Source: an uncultured Candidatus Binatia bacterium
Lineage (GTDB): Bacteria > Desulfobacterota > Binatia > Bin18
Assembly (NCBI GenBank): GCA_965214605.1
Contig: OZ243961.1
Span: forward strand, 2,880,001-2,944,000
DNA: 64,000 nt
Direction of reading: 5' to 3'
In this document: positions 31,159 through 41,274 of the stretch, in pieces
Numbering within the stretch: position 1 is the first letter of the stretch
Layout: the number at the start of each line of letters is the position of its first letter
Made by a program: the position numbers and the translations under genes
Notes under the pieces: model-generated
Databases searched by the model: none
What the model was told of the DNA's origin: nothing
Seen by the model: the letters and a program-made list of their open reading frames with translations, nothing else

Positions 31159-32409
31159 TCACGCAAACATATCAAACGTCTCAAACTCACCCCGCAGCAG
31201 CGAGGCTGGGTCAGGATAACCGAGCCATTCTTTGATCAGGCTGGCGTACACCCGACGAAAGTCGGTGGTGTAGCGGAGATTGCCGTCGTCTAGTTCGGTC
31301 AGGCTCGGAGGGCTGCCGTAGTAGCCGCCTTTGACCCTGTCGCCCAGCACAAACACTGGCGTGGCCGTGCCGTGATCGGTCCCCTTGCTGGCGTTCTCCG
31401 GTACGCGACGGCCGAACTCGGTAAAGACCATGACGGTCACATCCTTGCCCCGGCCGATCCGCCCTAGGTCTTCAATAAATGCCCGGAGTGCGTCCGAGGA
31501 GTAGGTCAGGATTCGAGTGTGCAGGTCGAGTTGGTGGACATGCGTGTCAAATACATTCCCGGCATAGCTGACGTAGTACAGGTGGGCCGGCATCTCGGCT
31601 TTGATCAGAGCGGCAATTTTGCGCAGGTCCAGCCCTAAGCCGGCCGAGCGAGCGCCATAATCGACCGGGGTGTCATAGTCAGCCCAGGCCTGACGGACAA
31701 AGGCGGCGCTGTAGGTCACGTTTTCAACCAGGCTATTGAGAAAGGTGAGCGAGGCGTTGTAGGTCGGCCGGCTTTGGCTCAAGCGCTGAAAGACGGGTCG
31801 CTGTTGATAGAGTCCGCGGCGTGAAAAATTTTCCGGGTCGGAAAAGACTAGCGGGGAGTGATGACGGCTGCGCACGGCTAGTGACTGAGTGGCGGCGATA
31901 TTGACTAAGTAGTTGGGTCTGACCTGCGGGTTTATGGCGTCGGCCAAACGGCCGAGCCAGCCGAGTTTTTCGCCCGTATGAGGAATGCCGGTGTGCCAGA
32001 AGCCCATGGAAGAGAAGTGGGACAGGATTGGATTTTCATAGCCGCAGCCGTGCACAATGGCGAGTTTACCGTCCCCATAGAGTCGCTCAAAGCCGAAGAG
32101 GGCGGGATGAAAACCGAAATGATCGTCAATCTTGCGCAGGCTCTTGGCCGGAAGGGCGAGGGTGGGGCGGAGTTGGTAATATCTATCGTCCCCATACGGC
32201 ACGACCGTATTCAAGCCGTCATTGCCGCCCGACAGTTCAACCACGACCAAAATGCGCTCTGGGTGGGCATAGAGGGGGGGCTGATCTTTTGAGGAATCAG
32301 CCCAGGCCACTAACGGGCGGTTGAGTGCTCCCAGACCAAGGCCCAGACCGGACACTCCGGCCCATAGCGCCTCGCGACGGGTGAAGAGACGATTGAACAG
32401 CGTAGACAT
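31159..32409 (-). CDS. DUF1501 domain protein with Tat-like signal
   Basis: TRREAL leader, VVELSGGNDGLNTVVP, FDTH, TEFGRRV and NASKGTDHG. Confidence 0.9.
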   Translation of the reverse strand: MSTLFNRLFTRREALWAGVSGLGLGLGALNRPLVAWADSSKDQPPLYAHPERILVVVELSGGNDGLNTVVPYGDDRYYQLRPTLALPAKSLRKIDDHFGFHPALFGFERLYGDGKLAIVHGCGYENPILSHFSSMGFWHTGIPHTGEKLGWLGRLADAINPQVRPNYLVNIAATQSLAVRSRHHSPLVFSDPENFSRRGLYQQRPVFQRLSQSRPTYNASLTFLNSLVENVTYSAAFVRQAWADYDTPVDYGARSAGLGLDLRKIAALIKAEMPAHLYYVSYAGNVFDTHVHQLDLHTRILTYSSDALRAFIEDLGRIGRGKDVTVMVFTEFGRRVPENASKGTDHGTATPVFVLGDRVKGGYYGSPPSLTELDDGNLRYTTDFRRVYASLIKEWLGYPDPASLLRGEFETFDMFA

Positions 32410-32421
32410 CGGCAGTTCCCC

Positions 32422-34365
32422 TTATCCCAGTTGATAGGCGGACGTGCTCATAATCAAATGCACCACCAGCCGGACCGGCTCTTCCAGATAGCTCAAGGCC
32501 GGGACGATGTCGTCAGTACCCAGCTCTTGGCTCAAAAAATTGACCAAAGCCCGCCGCTCATCCGCATCAAGCGGCACCCTCAGCAGGCGAGCGGCAAAAT
32601 AATCAACCACATCGGCGCTAGTCTGCAACCCCGCCTTGGTCACCATCGTCGTCAGGCTGAGCTGAGCCGCCCGGCGAGGGATGGGCTTGACCCGTCGGAA
32701 GGCTTCCATCCAGCCGTGCGTGCTGCCGTAGCGAGTATTAAAGTCCTCATCTGCCCCGGCCAATTGGTTGAACATGGAGACCGCTGGCAAAGCCTCGCCC
32801 CTGGCATTGCCCCCCATGCCACCAGCCATGCCAGGGGTCATCGCACCCATCCCTATCCCCGTGCCGCGCTCTATTGTCGCCTGGGTGATCTCGTGGCCCT
32901 GGGCGATTTTTACCGCGACCCTGCGGTTGACCTCTGGCATGCGCTGGTCAGGTGGCTGAAAATTGGCAATATCGGGAAAGAGCACCTCTCGGGCAAAGTT
33001 GCCCCGTTCGAGCAAGAGGGCCGAGGTAACCCAACTCCGCCCGCCTTCCCAGCCGGCAACATTAGGCGGGTGGAACAATTCTTGGCCCAGGGAACGGGTG
33101 ACGGTGTTGAAGTCGGGCACCCCGGGAATTTCGTTCAGTCCAAGCTTGCGATAGGTCGAGACCACCAGATGGACCGGGCTCTTAATTTGGGTACCGTAGG
33201 CCGGTGGGCTGTAGAAGTCACGCGCTAGAAAGATGGTCCGCAGCAGCGCGCCAATATCGTACTGCTCGGCCTTAAAACGTTTGCCCAACTCGGCAATCAG
33301 CTCGGCTGACGGGTCGCTCTGGACAAAATAGCGATACAGCTTGGCAGCGATGAAGCGGGCAGTGACATTCTGTTCCAGAATAATGTCGATAATCCCGACG
33401 CCGTCAAAATTTCCGGTGCGTCCCAAAAAGGTTTTTTGGCCGTGGTCGTGCAACTCAGGCTTTACCACAAAGCGCAGGCCGTCATTCGTCCAGCCGGTAA
33501 AGGCGCGGGCTGCCTCCCGGATATCGGTTTCGGTATAATTGCCGACTCCGAGGGTAAACAGCTCCAGAATTTCACGACTGAAGTTTTCGTTCGGGCTCCC
33601 CTTAATATTTTCACCCGCGTCTAGATACACGAGCATGGCCGGGTCTTTGGCTACGCCGATGAGCAGATCCCGAAAGTGGCCGTTCCCGTGTTCATAGAAC
33701 AGGGCGAGTTGTTTGAGCGATTTCCGGTAATCACGTAGCTTGGTATCGGACGTGGCAAAATGTCCGTGCCAAAACAGGGCCAGCTTTTCCTCCAGCGGCC
33801 GCTTACTGTTCAGCATCCGGTTGGCCCACCACTGGGCCGCCCGACGAATTTCCAAATAGTCTGCCCGCAGCCAATAGAAAAACCGGTTGACAACCGGCTG
33901 GAGCGGTCGGTCGCCACCCGGCTTGATTTTGACGCCCATGGCCTCGCCGTTTGCCCGGGCAATCCGGACCGCGTCAATCCGACTCTTGGGAAACGGCTCA
34001 ACCGGAGGATCAAAAATGTTGGATTCATCAAATGGCGGCAGGTGATCGTTGGCAACGGCCTGATAGTTGACCAGCCATTCGACGGCTTCTTGGGGCGTGA
34101 GACCAGCCAGGCGGTCGATCTCCTGAGGTGTTCCACCAAAGCCGGCTCGCTCTAAGAGGTGGGCGGCCCGGTCGCGACTCCAAGCGGCTGCTGAGATCGG
34201 CCTCAGATCTCCCACCCACTCGGGCGGGCCAGCCCCCTTTGTCTGTTCGGGCAGGGGTGATGCGTGCAAGGCCCCTATTATCCACCCGATGAGGCTAAGT
34301 GGAACAAACAGCAGCCTCCAGATCAACGTGACTCCGAGGCGATGCAGCGAACCCCATTGACGCAT
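32422..34365 (-). CDS. DUF1800 domain protein
   Basis: AAHLLERAGFG, EKLALFWHGHFATS, PAMLVYLD, PNENFSREILELFTLG and PPNVAGW; typical partner of DUF1501. Confidence 0.9.
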   Translation of the reverse strand: MRQWGSLHRLGVTLIWRLLFVPLSLIGWIIGALHASPLPEQTKGAGPPEWVGDLRPISAAAWSRDRAAHLLERAGFGGTPQEIDRLAGLTPQEAVEWLVNYQAVANDHLPPFDESNIFDPPVEPFPKSRIDAVRIARANGEAMGVKIKPGGDRPLQPVVNRFFYWLRADYLEIRRAAQWWANRMLNSKRPLEEKLALFWHGHFATSDTKLRDYRKSLKQLALFYEHGNGHFRDLLIGVAKDPAMLVYLDAGENIKGSPNENFSREILELFTLGVGNYTETDIREAARAFTGWTNDGLRFVVKPELHDHGQKTFLGRTGNFDGVGIIDIILEQNVTARFIAAKLYRYFVQSDPSAELIAELGKRFKAEQYDIGALLRTIFLARDFYSPPAYGTQIKSPVHLVVSTYRKLGLNEIPGVPDFNTVTRSLGQELFHPPNVAGWEGGRSWVTSALLLERGNFAREVLFPDIANFQPPDQRMPEVNRRVAVKIAQGHEITQATIERGTGIGMGAMTPGMAGGMGGNARGEALPAVSMFNQLAGADEDFNTRYGSTHGWMEAFRRVKPIPRRAAQLSLTTMVTKAGLQTSADVVDYFAARLLRVPLDADERRALVNFLSQELGTDDIVPALSYLEEPVRLVVHLIMSTSAYQLG

Positions 34366-34529
34366 CGGTACAGCCCCCCACTTTTTTCTATATCATGCAC
34401 CCTCTGTCGCCAAGAGTCCAGACGTCCGCGCTGGAGCCTTGACCTAGCATTCTCTACAGGGGTAGACAGAGGAGGAGTCAGGTGGGAGATCTTATCGGTC
34501 CTCCCTTGGTTCCTGAACAGGAGGGTATT

Positions 34530-35387
34530 ATGGCGCGCCGTTTAAACAAAGTCATTGAGCTGCTTGAGGCAGGTCAGGTGGTGTTTGGCGGAGGCATGGT
34601 GTGGACCGGCAATATCGATGAGGCGATGGCCTATGCCGATCTTGGCTATGATTTTCTTATTTTTGAAATGGAGCATGAAGGTTTTGACTTACCGGGCCTC
34701 CGTCTCTCGCTCCAATTTCTCTTAAACCGCAAACAGATCGTCGCTCAGGGCGCCCTCCAACCCGACGTAGTTCCGTTTGTCCGGGTGCCGCCGAACGCCC
34801 GCGAGCGGAACCAGTGGGTCATCAAACAAGCGCTGGACACCGGGGTGTACGGCTTGATCGTACCGCATATGGACACGGTCGAGCAGGCCAAAGCGGCGGT
34901 GATTGCCAGCCGCTATCCACAGGCCGAAGGGGTGGCCGATTTTGAGCCGGTGGGCGAACGGGGCTGGTGGTATCGCCTTGCTCCTCGGTATTGGGGGCTC
35001 GGGGTGCAGGACTATTATGATGTGGCCGACCTGTGGCCGCTCGACCCACAGGGTGAGCTGTTTCTCATGCCGATCATTGAAGGCGTACAGGGCGTGCATA
35101 ATCTCCGCGCAATTTTACGTGAGGTCAAAGGGATTAGCGCTATCTGGGCCGGGCCCGGTGACCTGTCGATTGAGTTGGGCACGCGTGGAAATATGACCGA
35201 TCCCCGAGTCGAAGAGGGGCTTCAGCAGGTGTTAAAAACCTGTCAAGAGTTTGGCGTACCGTGCGCAGCAGTTGCCAGCCCTCGAGATGTGGAAAAGCGT
35301 ATCGAGCAGGGCTTTCGTATCATTATCTCCGGTCCAAGCCGGACCGATCAGGTCTTAACGACCGGAAAGCAGGCGGCGGGGCGCTAG
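34530..35387 (+). CDS. HpcH/HpaI aldolase family protein
   Basis: FEMEH, FVRVP, KQALDTGVYGLIVPH, IIE and GPGDLS. Confidence 0.88.
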   Translation: MARRLNKVIELLEAGQVVFGGGMVWTGNIDEAMAYADLGYDFLIFEMEHEGFDLPGLRLSLQFLLNRKQIVAQGALQPDVVPFVRVPPNARERNQWVIKQALDTGVYGLIVPHMDTVEQAKAAVIASRYPQAEGVADFEPVGERGWWYRLAPRYWGLGVQDYYDVADLWPLDPQGELFLMPIIEGVQGVHNLRAILREVKGISAIWAGPGDLSIELGTRGNMTDPRVEEGLQQVLKTCQEFGVPCAAVASPRDVEKRIEQGFRIIISGPSRTDQVLTTGKQAAGR

Positions 35388-35419
35388 GGCGTTCTCTGTC
35401 GGCCGTGCAGGAACTACAG

Positions 35420-37009
35420 ATGACACAAGAACAGATACGATATTCGCAGAGCCGACGGCCACACCGATGGGTCGCCCTCCTTATGGTTTGGATCGGCAGC
35501 TGGACAGTGCCCGCTTTTTCCCAGGCCGAGTCGCCCTCGGAGCTACGCTTGGAGCAGGTCGAGCTTTCCGATACCGCCCAAGGCAAGCTCCTCTCCTTGC
35601 AATTCTCCCAGCCTCCGGCCGCGCTCAAGGCTTTTGCTCTGGGCTCCCCACCTCGGGTCGTGATCGACGTCGAGGGGCCGTTCCGGTCCTTGGCATCGGC
35701 CAAGTATGCCGCCCGGGATAGCCTTATTGAGCGCGTGCGAGTGGGTTTTCATAAGGAACACATCCGCTTTGTGCTCGACCTCAAAAAGAACCTCATCCCA
35801 CCCTTTGCTGTCGAGCAGAAACAGGATCGGGTGGTCGCCAATCTTCAGGTTTCGGGCCAACTGGCGACCGATGCTCCAGCTCAGCTTCTCTTTTCACGCA
35901 GCGGCGCGACCCGTAATACTCGGATAGTCGCTAAATCGACCCGAGCGAATCAGACCGAACGGCTCGCTGCTCCCGCCACGCCCACACCGCGGCCGACCGT
36001 TCAGACCGCTCAGACCTCTGAGCGAACTCCACCTCCCCTAAGCCCGTCCCAGCCTGTTGCGGCTCCTCGTTTGTCCGTGTCCCCAGCGCGACCGTCCGCA
36101 CAGGCCGGGGCATCCCAGTCCGCTGGCCCGTCCGCCCAAGCGGACAGAAGAGCCCCGATTCCTCGCGTCCTCTCCAGGGCCTCACTTCTGCGTTTGGCTC
36201 CTTCCTCTCAGACGACGCAGCAAGCGTACTCCCTGTTGAACCCTTCACCCGTCCCGCCTAGCAGCACGTCGGCCGGTCGTCAGCCAGCCGCTCCTGCGCT
36301 CAGCACCTCGCTGCCCCAGACCCCAGTGATGCCTGCCCAGCAGGCACGGCAGCCGCATCGGCAGCTGGCCGCCCTCTCTCCAAAGGATGCGCTGAGCCAG
36401 TCCGCAAAAAAAGTGCCGGCCGTACCCAGCCTGTCCAGTGAGGCCCGGCGTCATTTAGGAAAAGGACAGATCCTATACGATCAGGGAAAAGTTGCTGAAG
36501 CGATTGTTGAGTGGCGAGAGACGGCCCGCCTAGCGCCGAATAATGCCAAGGCGTACCATCTGCTCGGTCTTGCCCTACAGGACCAGGACAAGACCGAGGA
36601 AGCGATCAGCAAGCTCCGGACCTCCGTGCGTCTCGATCCCCAAAACGCCACGGCCTATGTGCATCTGGCCCAAGCCTTAGAGTCTAGAGGTGATACCAAA
36701 AAGGCTTTGAGCGCTTACAACGAGGCCCTCAAGCTAGTACCGACTTCGGCCCACGTCCATAACCGGCTCGGCCACCTGCTTGCTTCTCAGGGCGACTGGC
36801 AGGGTGCGGCCGAAAAGTGGAAACAAACAACTGAACTCCAACCGGATTATGCCTACGCATACGCCAATCTGGGCGAAGCCCTCGAACAGATCGAGCAAAA
36901 GAAAGAAGCGCTGGAAGCCTATAAACAGGCGGTCACCCTGAAGCCGGCAGCGCCGTTCGCCGCCGAAGTCCGCAAACGGATTGTCCGCCTGAGCACCGAC
37001 GAGATCTGA
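35420..37009 (+). CDS. Exported AMIN-domain / TPR protein with Pro/Ala-rich linker
   Basis: Signal peptide, AMIN-like FALGSPPRVVIDV...RVRVG...RFVLDL, low-complexity linker, C-terminal TPRs. Confidence 0.82.
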   Translation: MTQEQIRYSQSRRPHRWVALLMVWIGSWTVPAFSQAESPSELRLEQVELSDTAQGKLLSLQFSQPPAALKAFALGSPPRVVIDVEGPFRSLASAKYAARDSLIERVRVGFHKEHIRFVLDLKKNLIPPFAVEQKQDRVVANLQVSGQLATDAPAQLLFSRSGATRNTRIVAKSTRANQTERLAAPATPTPRPTVQTAQTSERTPPPLSPSQPVAAPRLSVSPARPSAQAGASQSAGPSAQADRRAPIPRVLSRASLLRLAPSSQTTQQAYSLLNPSPVPPSSTSAGRQPAAPALSTSLPQTPVMPAQQARQPHRQLAALSPKDALSQSAKKVPAVPSLSSEARRHLGKGQILYDQGKVAEAIVEWRETARLAPNNAKAYHLLGLALQDQDKTEEAISKLRTSVRLDPQNATAYVHLAQALESRGDTKKALSAYNEALKLVPTSAHVHNRLGHLLASQGDWQGAAEKWKQTTELQPDYAYAYANLGEALEQIEQKKEALEAYKQAVTLKPAAPFAAEVRKRIVRLSTDEI

Positions 37010-37022
37010 ATCAAGAAGCCAC

Positions 37023-37045
37023 CCCCCCAGCCGTCGGCTGGGGGG
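37023..37045. terminator. GC-rich hairpin between convergent genes
   Basis: CCCCCCAGCC-GTC-GGCTGGGGGG between the stops at 37009 and 37050. Confidence 0.6.
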
Positions 37046-37049
37046 AGCG

Positions 37050-37430
37050 TCATAGATCCTGGAGTCCAGGGGATCCTGTTTCCCCAGGGCGCTGAGAGGA
37101 CGGCTGGTGTTTTTTGACTTCCCCGCGTCGGTACTGGCCATAATCCTCCAAGCGTCGGCGGGCGGCTTCAAACGTCTCTCGAATCGCCTGGCGCAGATCG
37201 GTCGTTGCGTGGTGGTTGACCACGAGTTCCGCTCCGGGCACGGTCAGATCGATCCGGGCTATGTACGGACCGCCTTTACGGTGATGGTGAACGGGCCCTT
37301 CTAGCACGACCCGACATTTTAGGATGCGGGGATAGAAGGTGGCGAGCTTTGCGGCTTTGTCTTGGATATGTTCGACGGTTGCACGGTCTAGGTGAAGGTC
37401 TTTTGGGGATAGGTGAAGGGTAAATTGCAT
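37050..37430 (-). CDS. HPF/RaiA family ribosome-associated protein
   Basis: KAAKL, CRVVLE, HHHRKG, RIDLTVPGAELVV and AIRETFEAARRRL. Confidence 0.85.
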   Translation of the reverse strand: MQFTLHLSPKDLHLDRATVEHIQDKAAKLATFYPRILKCRVVLEGPVHHHRKGGPYIARIDLTVPGAELVVNHHATTDLRQAIRETFEAARRRLEDYGQYRRGEVKKHQPSSQRPGETGSPGLQDL

Positions 37431-37508
37431 ATGTTTCTCCTCATGTAGTGCGTCGGAGCGGAGCGGCTAGAACCTGACTCCTCCAGACCAGGGACCGGGG
37501 AAAGGAGA

Positions 37509-37718
37509 TTACATATTTAAACGGAAGCCGACTTTGATTTTGACCTGAAACTGGTCGACCTTACCTTCTTGAATGAGGCCACGGGCTTCGACGACCTCGA
37601 ACCAGTCCAGATTGTTCAGCGTCTGACTAGCGCGGCTGAGAGCATTTTGGATTCCGTCTTCAATAGAAGTCTCTGAGACGCCGACGAGTTCAATCAGTTT
37701 GTACGTTTTTTCCTGCAT
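37509..37718 (-). CDS. Dodecin
   Basis: TYKLIELVGVS...AL.RASQTL..LDWFEV.E.RG...QVKIKVGFRL. Confidence 0.93.
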   Translation of the reverse strand: MQEKTYKLIELVGVSETSIEDGIQNALSRASQTLNNLDWFEVVEARGLIQEGKVDQFQVKIKVGFRLNM

Positions 37719-37778
37719 AGATGCTCCTCTTCCTCTCTAGATGTCGGGTGGCAGTCTAGTGCTTGGCCAACACCAATC

Positions 37779-38018
37779 CTATCCGGTGGCCCAGTTGCGC
37801 ATCTCTTCATCGCTCAGATAACGGAATCCGACGTCAAGCGTGACCTGATACTGTCCGACTTTGCCGTCAGCGATCGTTCCGCGAACTTCTTTGACCTCAA
37901 ACCAGTCCAAGGCTTTGAGGGTCTGATTGGCACGATCAATCGCGTTGGATACCGCTTGAGAGATCGAATTGTCCGAGACGCCAACGATCTCGGTAATCAC
38001 ATACGTTTTATCTTGCAT
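37779..38018 (-). CDS. Dodecin (second copy, C-terminal extension)
   Basis: TYVITEIVGVS...RANQTLKALDWFEVKEVRG...YQVTLDVGFRY. Confidence 0.93.
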   Translation of the reverse strand: MQDKTYVITEIVGVSDNSISQAVSNAIDRANQTLKALDWFEVKEVRGTIADGKVGQYQVTLDVGFRYLSDEEMRNWATG

Positions 38019-38173
38019 ACCTACCTCTCCTTCTGTACTACGAACTCCTTAATCGTCAGTACTGCTAAGAACTCTAACCCGATCTGACTCGGATAGTCAT
38101 GATACACAGGTGATATTCCAGTGACATTAAAGTGATCTTGTGGTCAGGCTCGGAGATGATATTGAGGGAGGAT

Positions 38174-41100
38174 ATGAAATCCGGGGCACAGATTAGCTTT
38201 CCCCCCTTTCGCCTTGATCTGGGAAATGAATGTCTCTGGCGAGGAGCCCAGTCTATTGCCCTTAAGCCCAAAGACTTTGCTGTGTTGCTGTGCTTGGTGG
38301 ATCAGCCCGGACAGCTGGTCACCAAACAAGAACTGCTCGACACGGTATGGGCTGGAACAACAGTAAGCGAAGGGGTGCTCAAGGTCTGCATTCGTCGTAT
38401 TCGGCGCGCTTTGGGTGACGCGGCAACACGGCCTCGGTTCATTGAGACCGTCCATCGCCGCGGCTATCGGTTCATTGCCCCGCTGTCTTCGGCCGCCTCA
38501 TCTCCACTCCCTCATCCCCACTCTCCCCTTCCCCCCCTCGTGGGTCGTGAGCAAGAACTGGCTCTCCTCCACGGTTGGTTTGACCGTGCCCAAGCCGGGG
38601 CCCGCCAGGTCGTCTTTGTGACCGGCGAAGCGGGTATCGGCAAAACGACGCTGGTCGAGGCCTTTTTGCATCAGGTCGAGCACCAAGCCTCGGTGTGGGT
38701 CGGACGTGGACAGTGCATTGAACAGCACGGGGCGGGCGAGGCGTATATGCCGGTCTTGGAAGCCCTAGAACGGCTGTGTCGGCGGGCAGACGGGAAACGT
38801 CTGGTGGCCGTCTTAGATCAGCACGCGCCGAGCTGGTTGGCACAGCTACCGTCTTTGCTTGAGCCGGGTGAACTCGAAGTGCTCCAGCGCAGAATTCAGG
38901 GCGTCACCCGCGAGCGGATGCTGCGGGAGATGGTGAAAGCCTTGGAAGCCCTGACCGCCCAGGTCAGCCTGGTGCTGGTGCTTGAAGATCTCCAGTGGAG
39001 CGATCATTCCACCTTGGCCCTCCTGTCAGTCTTAGCCCATCGGCAAGAAGCGGCCCGCCTGTTGGTCCTGACGACTTACCGACCGGCTGATATCAACGCC
39101 GACCATCCCCTCGCTGTCCTCAGCCAAGAGTTGCACATGCACCGTCACTGTAGAGAGCTGTCGCTGGCTTTTCTGTCAGCGGCAGCGGTTGGGGAGTATC
39201 TGGCCGGTCGCTTCCCGCTCACTGCCTCAGACCACGCTCGGCTGACCGAGTTGTTACACCGGCATACGGACGGCAATCCGCTCTTTTTGGTCAATCTGCT
39301 AGACTATCTGGAGGCCCACGGCTCCCTGACTGAGGTCAACGGCCGCTGGCAAGTCCGGGAACGGCTGTTTGACCTGGCGAGTATGGATGCTGGTCGGGAA
39401 TGGGTGCCCGACAGTTTGCGACAGATGATCGAAAAACAAATTGAGCGCCTCAATCCACACCAACAGCGGCTGCTTGAGATGGCCAGTGTGGTCGGAGTCG
39501 AGTTTTCCGCCGCCGCCCTAGACGGCAATGTGGTTCCTGTGGGAAGAGGGGATGAACTCCCGCATTTCAAGAATGGGGCGGCCATGCAGGCCGAAGAGCA
39601 CTGCCAAGCCTTGTCTCGCCAGGGAAAATTTTTATACGCCAACGGCTGGACCGAATGGCCGGACGGAACGGTGGCCGGCCGTTACAGATTTATTCACTCG
39701 CTCTACCAAAACGTTTTGTATGGGCGTATTCCGGTTGGCCGTCGTTTGCAGCTCCACCGCGCCATCGGAGAGCGAGAGGAACAGGCATATGGTGGGCGGG
39801 CCGGAGAGATTGCTGCTGAGCTGGCCATGCACTTTGAGCAGGCCCGGGTCTATGACCGCGCCGTTCCCTATCTGCAGCAGGCGGCCCACAACGCCCTGCA
39901 ACGGTGTGCTTACCAAGAGGCCATCACCCATCTTTCTCGCGAGCTGTCCCTGCTGGGCAGGCAGGACCCCCCGGACGCGGCGCCAGATCGCCAGGCGCGC
40001 ATCCGGCAGGAAATCGCCCTGTTGCTGAGTCTCAGCATTCCGCTGGCGATGACCAAAGGCTATGCCGCTCCAGAAGTGGAGGAAGTCTATAGCCGGGCGC
40101 GAAGCCTGTGTGAAGAGACCGGCGATACCCGCCAGCTCTTTCGAGCCTTACGCGGGCTGGGCGCGGTAGCCCTAATTCGGGGTGAATTTAACACCACTTG
40201 TCGTTTGGGAGAACAGTTCTTGACCCTGGCCAAGCGTCAGAACGAGCCGACTCTGCTGCTTTCGGCCCATAACGCCCTGGGGATTACCCACTTTCATATG
40301 GGCGAGTTTAGCCGGGCGCGGACGCACCTTGAGCAAGGGCTGACGCTCTACGATCCCGACAAGCGCCGGGCTGACGGGTTTGTGCAGGATCCGGGTGTGG
40401 TATGCTACTCGTATACTGCCTTTTCGCTGTGTCTGCTCGGGTTCCCACGCCAAGCACGTAGCAGCGTGCGGCAGGCCGTGTCCCTGGCCCGCAAACTCGC
40501 CCACCCCCATAGCTTGACCTATGCACTGGGCTGTGCGGCCATTGTGTCCCATATGTGCCGGGCTGGACACGATACCCGGGTGTTTGCCGAGGAGACAATA
40601 GCGGTGTCGCAGGAACACGGCTTCGCCTATTGGCTGGCCATGGGGACGATCCTGGTGGCGGGCAGTCAGCCTCAGATGGCAGACAGGATTGCGCAGATCC
40701 ACCAGGGACTGACCGATTGGCAGGCCACCGGGGCTCGGGTCATGCGGCCCTATTATTTAGCGGTCTTGGCCGAGGCATATATGACAGCGGGTCGGCTTGC
40801 GGACGGTCTGCAGACCGTTGATGAGGCTGTGGAGCTGGTAGAGACGACGCACGAACGGTTTTGTGAGGCGGAGCTGTACCGGATGAAAGCCAAGATTTTG
40901 CTGGCCCAAGAAGGGGAAGGCCAAAAGGCAAAGGTCGAAGGTTGCCCCTCTGGGACTCGGCCCCAATCCCCCACCCTTCGCTCCCAGGTTGAGGAGTATT
41001 TTCAGCGAGCGATTGCTCTTGCCCGCCGACAGCAGGCCAGGATGTGGGAGCTGCGGGCGGTCTTGGATCTGAGCCGGGTGTGGCAGGCCCAGGGGCGAGG

Positions 41101-41182
41101 GACTGAGGCCCGTGAGCTGTGGGAAGAGAGTTTTGCCCAATGTGATAACGCCGAAGAGATTGTCGATGCGGGGCGGGGCTGA
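38174..41182 (+). CDS. OmpR-type winged-helix + STAND-like ATPase + TPR regulator
   Basis: LVTKQELLDTVW...FIETVHRRGYRF wHTH; Walker A GEAGIGKT; LEDLQWSD; GNPLF; helical repeat C-terminus. Confidence 0.88.
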   Translation: MKSGAQISFPPFRLDLGNECLWRGAQSIALKPKDFAVLLCLVDQPGQLVTKQELLDTVWAGTTVSEGVLKVCIRRIRRALGDAATRPRFIETVHRRGYRFIAPLSSAASSPLPHPHSPLPPLVGREQELALLHGWFDRAQAGARQVVFVTGEAGIGKTTLVEAFLHQVEHQASVWVGRGQCIEQHGAGEAYMPVLEALERLCRRADGKRLVAVLDQHAPSWLAQLPSLLEPGELEVLQRRIQGVTRERMLREMVKALEALTAQVSLVLVLEDLQWSDHSTLALLSVLAHRQEAARLLVLTTYRPADINADHPLAVLSQELHMHRHCRELSLAFLSAAAVGEYLAGRFPLTASDHARLTELLHRHTDGNPLFLVNLLDYLEAHGSLTEVNGRWQVRERLFDLASMDAGREWVPDSLRQMIEKQIERLNPHQQRLLEMASVVGVEFSAAALDGNVVPVGRGDELPHFKNGAAMQAEEHCQALSRQGKFLYANGWTEWPDGTVAGRYRFIHSLYQNVLYGRIPVGRRLQLHRAIGEREEQAYGGRAGEIAAELAMHFEQARVYDRAVPYLQQAAHNALQRCAYQEAITHLSRELSLLGRQDPPDAAPDRQARIRQEIALLLSLSIPLAMTKGYAAPEVEEVYSRARSLCEETGDTRQLFRALRGLGAVALIRGEFNTTCRLGEQFLTLAKRQNEPTLLLSAHNALGITHFHMGEFSRARTHLEQGLTLYDPDKRRADGFVQDPGVVCYSYTAFSLCLLGFPRQARSSVRQAVSLARKLAHPHSLTYALGCAAIVSHMCRAGHDTRVFAEETIAVSQEHGFAYWLAMGTILVAGSQPQMADRIAQIHQGLTDWQATGARVMRPYYLAVLAEAYMTAGRLADGLQTVDEAVELVETTHERFCEAELYRMKAKILLAQEGEGQKAKVEGCPSGTRPQSPTLRSQVEEYFQRAIALARRQQARMWELRAVLDLSRVWQAQGRGTEARELWEESFAQCDNAEEIVDAGRG

Positions 41183-41274
41183 ACGTCCGTCCTTGGCCGA
41201 CCTGACATAAACCGAATCGTTGACAGACTGAACCGGAGCGCGCACAGTAGTGCAGCCGTTGAGAGGCCATAGTA

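Noticed and set aside
31159-34365. DUF1800-DUF1501 pair as a novel system
   Set aside because: A widespread known gene pair; only a Gly/Met-rich insertion is unusual.
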